Origin: Gammaproteobacteria bacterium
Lineage (GTDB): Bacteria; Pseudomonadota; Gammaproteobacteria; UBA4575
Length of the DNA: 64,000 bases
Direction of reading: 5' to 3'
NCBI GenBank assembly: GCA_965222615.1
Contig: CBDCUI010000009.1
Coordinates: 288,001-352,000, forward strand
The number at the start of each line of letters is the position of its first letter. The first letter of the stretch is position 1. Under the pieces are notes generated by a model. The model was given only the letters and a program-made list of their open reading frames with translations. It ran no database searches and was not told the DNA's origin. Of this stretch, positions 10,759 to 20,355 are shown in pieces. A program made the translations under genes and the position numbers.

Positions 10759-11499
10759 ATGAAATTGGCACTTAAAATAATTGCAGGGCTTGTAATATTC
10801 GCATGTGCATTTGTTTACTTTGCCCCTGCAAGTCTTATTCAAAAGTTCCTACCAAACGATATTACTGTTTCTGGCGTAAGCGGAACAGTATGGAATGGAA
10901 ATTTACAAACTATTGTCTTTGATCAGATTGGTATTCAAAATACAAAATGGTCATCAAACCCACTTAGCCTGTTAACAGGAAAGCTTAAGGCAGACGTTTC
11001 AATCAACTCCAATAATCTTAAGGGTAACTTTGAAACTAGCTATTCTGGTACGAAAGTAAGTGCTAATGATGTCCTGCTCAAGGGCGACTTATCTCTGCTG
11101 ATGCCATATTTTGAAAAATATGGGCTAACCATAAGTGGCCAATTCAATGCAGACTTTAATTCACTAGAAGTTGCTAACGGCTTGCCTAAATATGCCGATG
11201 GAGTCTTACATACTTATAACACCAATATACTTGGGATATTCCCACTTAACTTAGGCGATATTACAGGTGTATTCGAACAACAAGGACAAGACATGCTGAT
11301 TAAGGTTGATAATAGCAGCGGTGAACTAGATTTAAATGGTGCTATTACCGTTGATGAACATGGGAACTATTTTGCAGATATGACTTTTTCTAAAAATTCA
11401 AATACGTCTGATCAAATTTTACAAACTATTCAACTATTGGGAACAAAAATTGGTGAAGACACTGTTAAAATGACACAGTCAGGTCAACTTCGTATTTAA
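10759..11499 (+). CDS. gspN: Type II secretion protein GspN
   Basis: FAPAS...VSGTVWNG motif; last gene of the gsp operon. Confidence 0.85.
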   Translation: MKLALKIIAGLVIFACAFVYFAPASLIQKFLPNDITVSGVSGTVWNGNLQTIVFDQIGIQNTKWSSNPLSLLTGKLKADVSINSNNLKGNFETSYSGTKVSANDVLLKGDLSLLMPYFEKYGLTISGQFNADFNSLEVANGLPKYADGVLHTYNTNILGIFPLNLGDITGVFEQQGQDMLIKVDNSSGELDLNGAITVDEHGNYFADMTFSKNSNTSDQILQTIQLLGTKIGEDTVKMTQSGQLRI

Positions 11500-11515
11500 T
11501 TCAAGTAGTAGATTT

Positions 11516-11749
11516 TCAATTATTACTTTCTGGTAGAGTGTTCTGAAATAACAAATCAAAGATAGAGTCTTTAACTTTCCACTCTTTTACTTCAATACTA
11601 GAAACTCTCCTCTCTGGTGTATGGCGACGGTCACGTCTTACACAAACACCCTGAGTAGTGATAATTGGAAATTGAGCAACGATGTCACTACTGCGACGAT
11701 CAGATCGTTTGCGTCGGTTATCGTTATAGTAATTATGAACTTGTACCAT
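11516..11749 (-). CDS. Small Arg-rich hypothetical protein (repeated DRR/ERR motifs)
   Basis: 77-aa ORF with NRRKRSDRR and RRDRRHTPERR, filling the gap between gspN and tRNA-Ala. Confidence 0.6.
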   Translation of the reverse strand: MVQVHNYYNDNRRKRSDRRSSDIVAQFPIITTQGVCVRRDRRHTPERRVSSIEVKEWKVKDSIFDLLFQNTLPESNN

Positions 11750-11789
11750 GAGCCAAATCTGTGTAGTTCATATACAATTATACTATATT

Positions 11790-11865
<76 letters not shown>

Positions 11866-11886
11866 ATATTTATCCAGGTAAATAAT

Positions 11887-13317
11887 CTATACTGAAGCAT
11901 CGATATATTCAATTGCTTTATCAATACGCTCTAAGGTTTTAACAGACCCCAATAATTCCAAGGTAACATCGATGGAGGGTGATTTTGATTTGCCGGTTAC
12001 GGCTAAGCGTAACACAGGGGCAACTTCTCCAAATTTAAGGTTTAATTCTTGCACAACCGATTTAATGCATTGCTGTATATTTTCTGCATCCCATTTATCC
12101 AATGTATTTAGCTTGCTTTTTATTAACCTTAAAATATTTATGCCATCAGAAGTAAAATACTTTTTTACCGCTTTCTCTTCATAACTATTTATATCACTAT
12201 GTAAAAAAGCGCTTTCATCAATAAACTCTTTTAACGTTTTGCTTCGATCTTTTAATATGTCATAAATAACAGTTAAATCACGATTGACAAGGACATTTAT
12301 ATCATATTTAAAGGTAAAATCAGATTGAACAGAAGTAATGTATTTGTCAAGAACTGGCCTTAACTCTGAACCACTAATATTTTTCATATGCTGATGATTG
12401 ACCCACAATAATTTTTCATAATCAAACGTTGCTGCAGATTTTTGTATCGACCCTACATCGAATAATTCAATCATTTGTTTTACGGTGAATAACTCTTGGT
12501 CTCCATATGACCAACCGAGTCGAAGTAAATAATTTAATAAAGCTTGAGGCAATATCCCCTCTTTCCTATATTGGGTTACCGAAACTGCACCATGACGTTT
12601 GGATAGTCGTTTGCCGTCTTTGCCATGAATCAATGGAATATGAGCATATACTGGTGGTTGTTTGTTTAATGCATTGAAGATATTTATTTGTCTAGGTGTA
12701 TTATTTAAATGATCATCTCCTCGGATCACATGGGTTATTTTCAAATCCAGGTCATCGGCCACTACGCATAGGTGATAAGTAGGTGATCCATCTGAGCGTG
12801 CAAGAATCAAGTCATCTAGCTCACTATTTTGTATTTCTACATGTCCACGTACTTGATCTTCAATGATTACCAACCCATCCAATGGGTTTTTAAATCGAAT
12901 TACAGGTTTATTGCTTGTATTTGGCTTATTTTTTAAATCTCTACAAAAACCATCATATCTGGGTTTTTGTTTACTTTTTATTTGTTGCTCACGCAGTTTC
13001 TCTAAACGTTCTTTTGAACAATAACAATAATAGGCATCACCTTGTTCTAATAGTTGTTGTATAGCCTGCTCATACCTCTTTGTTCTTCTCGATTGGTAGA
13101 TAGGTTCTACATCCGAATTTATTCCCAACCATGCTAAACTTTTCAGAATATCTTGAGTAAATTCTTGGCTAGAACGAGCTCGATCAGTATCTTCGATACG
13201 TAAAATGTACTCACCATTTTGTTTCTTTGCGTACAGCCAATTAAATAAAGCCGTTCGAGCACCACCGATATGTAGAAAGCCTGTGGGGCTAGGAGCAAAA
13301 CGAGTTCGTGTTGTCAT
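11887..13317 (-). CDS. gltX: Glutamate--tRNA ligase
   Basis: RFAPSPTGFLHIGG (HIGH-type), LRIEDTD, KRLSKR (KMSKS-type). Confidence 0.97.
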   Translation of the reverse strand: MTTRTRFAPSPTGFLHIGGARTALFNWLYAKKQNGEYILRIEDTDRARSSQEFTQDILKSLAWLGINSDVEPIYQSRRTKRYEQAIQQLLEQGDAYYCYCSKERLEKLREQQIKSKQKPRYDGFCRDLKNKPNTSNKPVIRFKNPLDGLVIIEDQVRGHVEIQNSELDDLILARSDGSPTYHLCVVADDLDLKITHVIRGDDHLNNTPRQINIFNALNKQPPVYAHIPLIHGKDGKRLSKRHGAVSVTQYRKEGILPQALLNYLLRLGWSYGDQELFTVKQMIELFDVGSIQKSAATFDYEKLLWVNHQHMKNISGSELRPVLDKYITSVQSDFTFKYDINVLVNRDLTVIYDILKDRSKTLKEFIDESAFLHSDINSYEEKAVKKYFTSDGINILRLIKSKLNTLDKWDAENIQQCIKSVVQELNLKFGEVAPVLRLAVTGKSKSPSIDVTLELLGSVKTLERIDKAIEYIDASV

Positions 13318-13320
13318 AAA

Positions 13321-13464
13321 GGAAGCTCTGATTTATTCTGATATGTCCCAAAAAGGTAAATTAGCAATGATTTCTGAAAATACTCATGTATGCTTATATA
13401 CACTCCGTTTTTTCGAAATCATTTTGCCTAACTTCAGTCATTTCATTAATAAATCAAAACTTCC
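13321..13464. mobile_element. 144-bp miniature inverted-repeat element (MITE), copy 1
   Basis: Terminal inverted repeats GGAAGCTCTGATTTATT / AATAAATCAAAACTTCC; about 90% identical by eye to the inverted copy at 63348-63491. Confidence 0.85.
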
Positions 13465-13537
13465 TTAAAGTAAGACATATTGTATTAGTCAAGGGATTTG
13501 ATCACCCTCTATTGTACATGGAAATATATGGTTATTA

Positions 13538-14431
13538 TTATAATGAACTGAAATGGATCAAGTCAGGTTCACTATCATCGACGATTGTTTTTCCTAGGCT
13601 AATCTGGCCTTCTCCCCAAAGAGGGAATTCTTCACGGCGTAGATATATACTTCTTCCATCATCAGTCAGTATATAAGTTCCATTAGTGCTTTTATCCATT
13701 AGCAAGAACTTGCCCCTACGATATTCAATCGTAGCATGTTGTCGAGAAACTAATGTGCCTTCAATGATAATGCTGCAACTTGCATCTCGCCCTAGCGTTA
13801 ATGCCGGCATATTTGCTAACAATGCTAGCTCAGTTTCTTGAAAAGAGAGCTGCAATTTTGATGATCTCATTTTTTCCAACGAAGTCGTACCAGACAAAAT
13901 TTGTGTAGATGCTTCACCCTCCCAGAGGATCTCATAAATTATGGTTTGTTCTTGACGACCCTTAATACGGGAGGTGTCATAGCGACGAGTAAAATGACTA
14001 ATCTCAGGTGGAATATGTTGAACCATCTCGTCAGTTGCAATGATTTGGCCGCCTTTAGCAATATCACGCATTGCAGCTGCAACATTCACGGCATCTCCAT
14101 ATAGATCAGTGTCTTCAATAATTGCAGATCCATAATGCATCCCTATACGCAGTGCTAACTGGACACCATTGGGGTCAACGGTTTCTTTAGCAATTTCCTG
14201 CAATTTAAAAACCGCTTGAAAAGCCATTTCAGGATCCGTCAAATAGCATAAAATTTCATCGCCAATAAATTTAACCACCGTTCCACTGTGACGCTTGATA
14301 ACTTCTGAAAGTCTGATTAGGCATCGAGCAATACTATCTTGTGCAAGGGTGTCACCATATTCTTGATATAGTCTTGTACTGCCCGCGATATCCACGAACA
14401 TAATCGTACAATCTTTAGTTTCTTTACCCAT
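13538..14431 (-). CDS. Class III adenylate/guanylate cyclase domain + C-terminal FHA domain protein
   Basis: MFVDIAGST, VKFIGDE, GDAVNVA cyclase motifs; FHA motifs LGR, VSRQHA, STNGT. Confidence 0.9.
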   Translation of the reverse strand: MGKETKDCTIMFVDIAGSTRLYQEYGDTLAQDSIARCLIRLSEVIKRHSGTVVKFIGDEILCYLTDPEMAFQAVFKLQEIAKETVDPNGVQLALRIGMHYGSAIIEDTDLYGDAVNVAAAMRDIAKGGQIIATDEMVQHIPPEISHFTRRYDTSRIKGRQEQTIIYEILWEGEASTQILSGTTSLEKMRSSKLQLSFQETELALLANMPALTLGRDASCSIIIEGTLVSRQHATIEYRRGKFLLMDKSTNGTYILTDDGRSIYLRREEFPLWGEGQISLGKTIVDDSEPDLIHFSSL

Positions 14432-14439
14432 TATCAGAT

Positions 14440-15111
14440 TTAAAACTTTTGCTCGAGCTTCATGACCCGGCCTTCATTGACTATGTTCAATCGTCCAAGA
14501 TAAGACATTCCAAGCAACGGAGTAGAAGGTTCATTGCCATCGATAACTACAGCGGCAACATTTCTCAACATTATTTCACCAACTTTTACTTCATCTAGAT
14601 TGACCGAATAGGCCATTTCAGTCCCGGAAGCCGTAGTGACATAAGTATGATCACCGTTAAGTTTATATTGCAAACCCAATCTCTTGGCTGTATTTGAATT
14701 CAATGCGATGCTACTTGCTCCTGTATCAACCAGAAAATCAACAGTATAGCCGTTGATGGACCCTGTTGTCTTGAACATACCATTGCTATCTGGGTAAACC
14801 AGGAGCTTCTTCTTATCTTGTGTTGCGTAACTAGCTTGTACACGATTACCCAGGCCAAATTTTGACTGTTTCCCATGCACTTCAAGAACAGCATATTTAC
14901 TCGTGGCTTTGATTAATTTAACCCCAGCTTTTTCTGGCTCACCAACTTTTAATAAGTGCTGTTCATTATTTATCATAACCATAGCTTTATTTTTAAATAA
15001 GGCCATAACTTCGATACTGGTATCTGCAAAAACTTCACTTATACACACTAATAATGCAAAGAAAGTTACATATACATAATGCCTTGTCTTATATGTGTAT
15101 AATGTAGTCAT
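14440..15111 (-). CDS. Retropepsin-like (clan AA, TIGR02281-type) aspartic protease with N-terminal signal/anchor
   Basis: FLVDTGAS catalytic motif; LLGMSYL C-terminal motif. Confidence 0.9.
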   Translation of the reverse strand: MTTLYTYKTRHYVYVTFFALLVCISEVFADTSIEVMALFKNKAMVMINNEQHLLKVGEPEKAGVKLIKATSKYAVLEVHGKQSKFGLGNRVQASYATQDKKKLLVYPDSNGMFKTTGSINGYTVDFLVDTGASSIALNSNTAKRLGLQYKLNGDHTYVTTASGTEMAYSVNLDEVKVGEIMLRNVAAVVIDGNEPSTPLLGMSYLGRLNIVNEGRVMKLEQKF

Positions 15112-15117
15112 TTCCAG

Positions 15118-16185
15118 CTAGGCTGAAACTTTCTTTAAGTATTGAGTAAACTGCCCTTTGTCGTTAGCAGCCTCAAATGCTATTTCCGGTGATATGGCTT
15201 CATCCGTTAATAATTTCTTAATCGCTGTATCCATACTTTGCATACCAAAAGAACCACCACCTTGAATGGAATTATCGATCTGATCGGTTTTACCTTCGCG
15301 AATAATATTGCCCATCGCAGGCGTATTAACCATGATTTCTAGAGCAGCTACTCTACCCTTTCCATCTTTACGTTTTAGTAATTGCTGAGATATTACTGAA
15401 CGTAGTGAAGTCGACAGCATCGTACGAATATGATCCTGCTTATTTACTGGGAAAGCATTAATGATTCGATCAACGGTTGACGCCGCACTATTCGTATGCA
15501 AGGTTCCAAGTACTAAAATTCCTGTTTCTGCAGCTGTAACTGCAAGACTCATGGTTTCTAAATCACGCATTTCACCAACAAGGATTACATCTGGATCTTC
15601 TCTTAATGCCGAATGTAGTGCACTTGCAAAAGTTTTAGTATGCTCGCCAACTTCTCGTTGACTTATTAAGCATTTCTTTTGTTCGTGAATAAATTCGATT
15701 GGGTCTTCGATAGTTAAAATATGTCCTTTATGGGTAGAATTAATTGCATCTACCATAGCCGATAAAGTAGTGGACTTTCCTGATCCAGTTTTACCCGTTA
15801 CTAAAATCATACCTGCTTTCTGATTACAGATATTGCTTAAAGCTGCTGGTAGATTTAGATCTTCTAAGGTTGCAGTTTCCGCAGGTATCGATCTAAAAAT
15901 TGCTCCAATACCATTTAAATGTCTAAATGCATTGACTCGAAAACGACCAGTCCCCTCTATAGTGTAGGCGAAATCAGCATTATCATCCTTTTCAAAAATA
16001 GTTCGAGCACGGTTCGGCATCATATTCATAATCGGTTCTAGCATTTCTTTAGCTGGAATTGAGTCTTCTGAGATAGCTTCTAGATCACCAAATACCCTCA
16101 TTCGAGGTGGATCGCTAGATACTAAATGCAAATCTGAGCCGCCACGTGCTACAAGCATTTCTAAAAGAACATCAATATCTACCAT
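15118..16185 (-). CDS. pilT: PilT-family ATPase (paralog 2)
   Basis: GSDLHL, GKTGSGKSTT, EDPIEF, LREDPDVILVGEMRD, GTLHT. Confidence 0.85.
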   Translation of the reverse strand: MVDIDVLLEMLVARGGSDLHLVSSDPPRMRVFGDLEAISEDSIPAKEMLEPIMNMMPNRARTIFEKDDNADFAYTIEGTGRFRVNAFRHLNGIGAIFRSIPAETATLEDLNLPAALSNICNQKAGMILVTGKTGSGKSTTLSAMVDAINSTHKGHILTIEDPIEFIHEQKKCLISQREVGEHTKTFASALHSALREDPDVILVGEMRDLETMSLAVTAAETGILVLGTLHTNSAASTVDRIINAFPVNKQDHIRTMLSTSLRSVISQQLLKRKDGKGRVAALEIMVNTPAMGNIIREGKTDQIDNSIQGGGSFGMQSMDTAIKKLLTDEAISPEIAFEAANDKGQFTQYLKKVSA

Positions 16186-16202
16186 TGTGACTTTCTCATG
16201 AT

Positions 16203-17285
16203 CTAACTAGCTTTGGGTAACAACGCCGGATCAGTGACAAAACGTTGCAGCAATTTTTTATCACTTGCATGTAAATAAGCATCATCTGGATCAATTTGCT
16301 TCGCTTGCACTGCCTCAAGCAACGCTTGATCTTTTAATTGCATACCAATAGCGCTTCCAGTTTGAATTTGATTAGGTATCTGGAAAGTTTTATCAGACAT
16401 GATCAAATTAGAGATGGCATTGTTCATCATCATAATTTCAACAATTGCCCTTCTTCCCCTACCATCAATTGTTTTAACCAGCTCTTGTGTTACCACGGCA
16501 TGCAAGTTTTGCGATAAGAAAATTTTGCCTTGTCCTTGTTGCTCTGCTGGTAATGCATCAATGATACGGTCTAGTGATTTAGTTGCCGATGTGGTATGCA
16601 AGGTGCCAAACACTAAATGTCCTGTCTCAGCGGCAAGCATGGCCATAGATATGGTCTCTGAATCTCGCATCTCACCTACAAGTATAATATCCGGATCCTC
16701 TCTAAGAGAGGCGCGCAAACCATCAGAGAAGCTTTTCACATGCGTACCAACTTCGCGTTGTATGACTTGTGATTTTTTACTTGGATGAATAAATTCGACT
16801 GGATCCTCTAGAGTAATAATATTTTCCTTGCGGGACTTATTGATGTGATCAATTAAGGATGCAAGGGTAGTAGATTTACCTGTTCCAGTAGAACCCGTGA
16901 CTAACACCATTCCTTGTTTAAAGTCTGCAAATGTCTTAATTACTGGGGGTAAATTTAAAGTTTCAAATGAAGGGATCTCTGTTGGTATATGACGAAACGT
17001 AGCTCCTACTCCCGAAGATTTTCTAAATAAATTAATACGAAATCTCCCCACGCCTTCCGACATATATGAAAAATCTAGATCATTTCCATTGCGGAACTTT
17101 TCTTTTTGTGATTTTGTAAGAATTTCGCTCATATAGCCTTCCAGCTCGCTATCACCTAAGTCCCTAAATTTAATGGGAACTAAGTCCCCATGCATGCGAA
17201 ACATAGGAGGCACACCAACTGCTAAGTGAATATCAGAACAACTTTGTTCACGGCCAAGTTTTAAAAATGCATCTATTCTTGCCAT
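16203..17285 (-). CDS. pilT: PilT-family ATPase (paralog 1)
   Basis: CSDIHL, GSTGTGKSTT, EDPVEF, LREDPDIILVGEMRD, GTLHT. Confidence 0.85.
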   Translation of the reverse strand: MARIDAFLKLGREQSCSDIHLAVGVPPMFRMHGDLVPIKFRDLGDSELEGYMSEILTKSQKEKFRNGNDLDFSYMSEGVGRFRINLFRKSSGVGATFRHIPTEIPSFETLNLPPVIKTFADFKQGMVLVTGSTGTGKSTTLASLIDHINKSRKENIITLEDPVEFIHPSKKSQVIQREVGTHVKSFSDGLRASLREDPDIILVGEMRDSETISMAMLAAETGHLVFGTLHTTSATKSLDRIIDALPAEQQGQGKIFLSQNLHAVVTQELVKTIDGRGRRAIVEIMMMNNAISNLIMSDKTFQIPNQIQTGSAIGMQLKDQALLEAVQAKQIDPDDAYLHASDKKLLQRFVTDPALLPKAS

Positions 17286-17295
17286 AACTAATTTC

Positions 17296-19680
17296 TTAAT
17301 TCATCGAATTTTGAATACTGTCTTTTAGCTCTGTCATAGACTGAAAACGGTGGTCAGCTTTTACACTCATACATTTTGCAACCAAATCATTTAAATCAGC
17401 AGGTACCGCTTCATTTTTTTCGCTTATTTTTTCTGCTTTCCCCTGCACGTGTTGATACATTATCGACATACTGTCTTTGCCAGAATAAGGCGGTCTTCCA
17501 GTCAGCATTTCGTACATGATTACACCTAAGCTGTAGATATCTGTTCTTTCATCTACTTCTTTACCTAATACTTGTTCTGGCGCCATATAGGTAGGTGTGC
17601 CAACAAGTAGGCCGGTTTTTGTTAATTTTGTATCTGTAGATTGTGTTGCTGCAGCTACCCCAAAATCTACAATTTTTAGCAAGCTATCCTCGTTTATAAG
17701 TATATTATTGGGCTTTAAGTCACGATGCACTACATTAGCAGCATGTGCACTCTCCATTCCACTGCACACATCAAAAGTAAGTTTCTTTGCTCTTTCAATA
17801 TCCATTGGTTTTTTATCTTTTACTTCTGCGCTTAAAGTATGACTTCTAAAGTACTCCATAGAAATAGCATGAGCCTTACCAAAAGAAACCATGTCATAAA
17901 TTCGTATCACATTGGGATGTGTAATTTTACGTGCAAACCGTAATTCATAAATAAAGCGTTTAATAATGCTTTCATCTGTTACAAATTGTGTATTCAAAAA
18001 TTTAAGAATGATTTCCTCGTTAATCATCATATCTTCAACTAAGAATACAGAGCCAAATGCGCCTTTACCGATTTTTTTAATATATCGGTAGCGATCGGCT
18101 AACATATCATCAGGCTGCAATTCATCAGGATTAATGGTTAAGGTTTCCATGGTACGGTTACCACGTACCACTTTATCTGGCATCGTAATAGGACCTTCCT
18201 CACCGGCTTCCTCTGTCTCGTCCTTGAATACCTGAATGGAAGAACCTGGAGGTTCTTGTTCAACAATACTGTTTATTGCCTTTTGTCCCAGCTCTTGGAT
18301 TTCTTGGTTTTGATCTGCGATAACGTCATCGATTGCTTTGATTGCTATTTCTACATCTTTTTCTGTAGTGATAACCTTAAGTGTTTTAATCGCCTCCTTG
18401 ATGACGTTTTCAGAATCTGTTTTTAATTGTTTGATTGTAATCCTTACCGCTTCTTCAGCTTTGAGTGTTGCAAAAGCCTTTAACAGTACCACTACCATGG
18501 CAGTATTATCTGAATTTTCAGATAACATTTTCATTAAAATAGGCACACACTTTTTATTACCTAATTCTGCGAGCCCATCTATAGCACGCTCTCGCACCCA
18601 CCAATCAGAATCATCGAGCGCTTTCACTAGTGCATCAAAGGTACTTTGATCTTTAGTAGCATTGATAATTTCAATTGCAGACCGCCGAATAAATTCATCG
18701 TCATCTTTTATTAACTGAATTACGGCATTCACTACACGTTTACCACCAATTTTACCAAGCGCATCTGCTGCCCGACTCCTCACCCACCAATCTTCATCTT
18801 TTATTGTATTGAGTAAATCTTTAACAGAATCTTTACTTGCTATTTCATTTAGCACTTCGACTGCAGCCCTGCGTGTGTATTCAGACTCGTCTTTTAAGTG
18901 AGGGATTAAGTGGAAGACCGTTTTAGGATGTTTAATTTTTACTACGGCTTCGATTGCTTTAGTCTGAACTTTATAGTCAGGATCATTGATTAATGCGCAA
19001 AGTTTTTCTATATCGATTTTGTTGCTAGAATTTGACAGGCCTTCTAATGCAGCCAACCGTACAGCCTTATTTTCATCAGATAATAATTTTTCGAGTGACT
19101 CATTGACACCTGGCTTATCAAACTTGGACATTAGCTTAGTTATATAAGTCCGTACTATTGGGTCTTTTGTGTCTGCTCTGTTAATTAACTCTGGAACCAT
19201 CGTTTCACTAGCAATGGCATCTAACAAACGAAATAAAGAGGCTTGGTCATTATGTTCAAGCTTATAGGCATAACGTAAAAGTTTTGATGAGTTAACTTTT
19301 TGTTTTTGTGTGCTTAAGAAAGTTATTAACATAGGTTTAGATGCATCTTGTTTTTCGAACAAGTCAACAAATCTATTTGGATCTATATTCTGTGATCGTG
19401 ACATTGCCTCAGCTACACCATCACGCACTAAATTACTTTGGTGAGAAAATAAAGGTCTAAAATATTCTGAATTTTCGGTGGTTGCGAGATCAGACAGGAT
19501 ATTAATAATCTGCTTAGCTTCTTCTTTATTGCTGGTTTCAAATCTTTCGGCAAGTTTAGGAATTGCAGATTTCCCGGCCTTATAAAGCTTTTTTACATTC
19601 TTGTCATAGTCAGGCTCAGATCTTTTTGTTAAGACCTGATCGATCAAACCATCAACTCGAATTGCTCCGAAAACTCCCAT
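17296..19680 (-). CDS. HEAT-repeat protein fused to a C-terminal Hanks-type Ser/Thr kinase
   Basis: Repeated D.DWWVR..A..AL-type HEAT/PBS repeats; kinase motifs GKGAFG, HRDLKPNN, DFG, GTPTYMAPE, DIYSLG; no evident transmembrane helix. Confidence 0.92.
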   Translation of the reverse strand: MGVFGAIRVDGLIDQVLTKRSEPDYDKNVKKLYKAGKSAIPKLAERFETSNKEEAKQIINILSDLATTENSEYFRPLFSHQSNLVRDGVAEAMSRSQNIDPNRFVDLFEKQDASKPMLITFLSTQKQKVNSSKLLRYAYKLEHNDQASLFRLLDAIASETMVPELINRADTKDPIVRTYITKLMSKFDKPGVNESLEKLLSDENKAVRLAALEGLSNSSNKIDIEKLCALINDPDYKVQTKAIEAVVKIKHPKTVFHLIPHLKDESEYTRRAAVEVLNEIASKDSVKDLLNTIKDEDWWVRSRAADALGKIGGKRVVNAVIQLIKDDDEFIRRSAIEIINATKDQSTFDALVKALDDSDWWVRERAIDGLAELGNKKCVPILMKMLSENSDNTAMVVVLLKAFATLKAEEAVRITIKQLKTDSENVIKEAIKTLKVITTEKDVEIAIKAIDDVIADQNQEIQELGQKAINSIVEQEPPGSSIQVFKDETEEAGEEGPITMPDKVVRGNRTMETLTINPDELQPDDMLADRYRYIKKIGKGAFGSVFLVEDMMINEEIILKFLNTQFVTDESIIKRFIYELRFARKITHPNVIRIYDMVSFGKAHAISMEYFRSHTLSAEVKDKKPMDIERAKKLTFDVCSGMESAHAANVVHRDLKPNNILINEDSLLKIVDFGVAAATQSTDTKLTKTGLLVGTPTYMAPEQVLGKEVDERTDIYSLGVIMYEMLTGRPPYSGKDSMSIMYQHVQGKAEKISEKNEAVPADLNDLVAKCMSVKADHRFQSMTELKDSIQNSMN

Positions 19681-19857
19681 ATTGCTAAGTAGTCACTACC
19701 CTTACATTGTTGCGGTAAATATTGCGAAAGTTTAGCTGTCCTTAGCTCAACAATAAGCCCCAGTATTGTAATGTGAAAATGTCCATATCTAACTGATATA
19801 TAATAGTATATTTTATTATCCGAGCAGTTTACCCTGGCCTGAGCTCAAGGTCATGAG

Positions 19858-20355
19858 TTACATAAATTGGGCCGACCAAATCACGATATGTAGGGATAAC
19901 AGGCCATAGAGGCCCGCTATGAGGTCATCCAACATAATGCCAAACCCGCCTTTGACCCGTTTGTCGATCTGGGAAATTGGCCATGGTTTCCAGATATCGA
20001 ATAGCCTAAATAATAAAAATCCGGCTACGATCCAATACCAGCTAGTGGGAACCAATGCCATGGTAAGCAAATAACCTACGATTTCGTCAATCACAATACC
20101 TGGATGGTCATGCACCCCTAAGGCCTCTGCTGTGAGCTGGGCCGCCCAACAGCCAGCAAAAAATAATGTAAAAACAGCTAACAAATAGATTATTGGTGAA
20201 AATGATGCAAGCAACAGATATACCGGAATCGCAATTAAAGTACCGAATGTCCCTGGCGCTATAGGAGCAAATCCTGCACCAAATCCAAATGAAATGATGT
20301 GTACTGGATTGCGCAACACTATCTGGTTAATACCAGATGACTTACTTTTTTTCAT
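19858..20355 (-). CDS. pgpA: Phosphatidylglycerophosphatase A
   Basis: APGTFGT, IVIDEIVG, FRLFDIWKPWPI, GIMLDD. Confidence 0.95.
   Translation of the reverse strand: MKKSKSSGINQIVLRNPVHIISFGFGAGFAPIAPGTFGTLIAIPVYLLLASFSPIIYLLAVFTLFFAGCWAAQLTAEALGVHDHPGIVIDEIVGYLLTMALVPTSWYWIVAGFLLFRLFDIWKPWPISQIDKRVKGGFGIMLDDLIAGLYGLLSLHIVIWSAQFM

Noticed and set aside
13205-13676. Plus-strand ORFs 13205-13468 and 13386-13676
   Set aside because: They overlap gltX, the MITE and the cyclase gene in antisense and have no protein motifs
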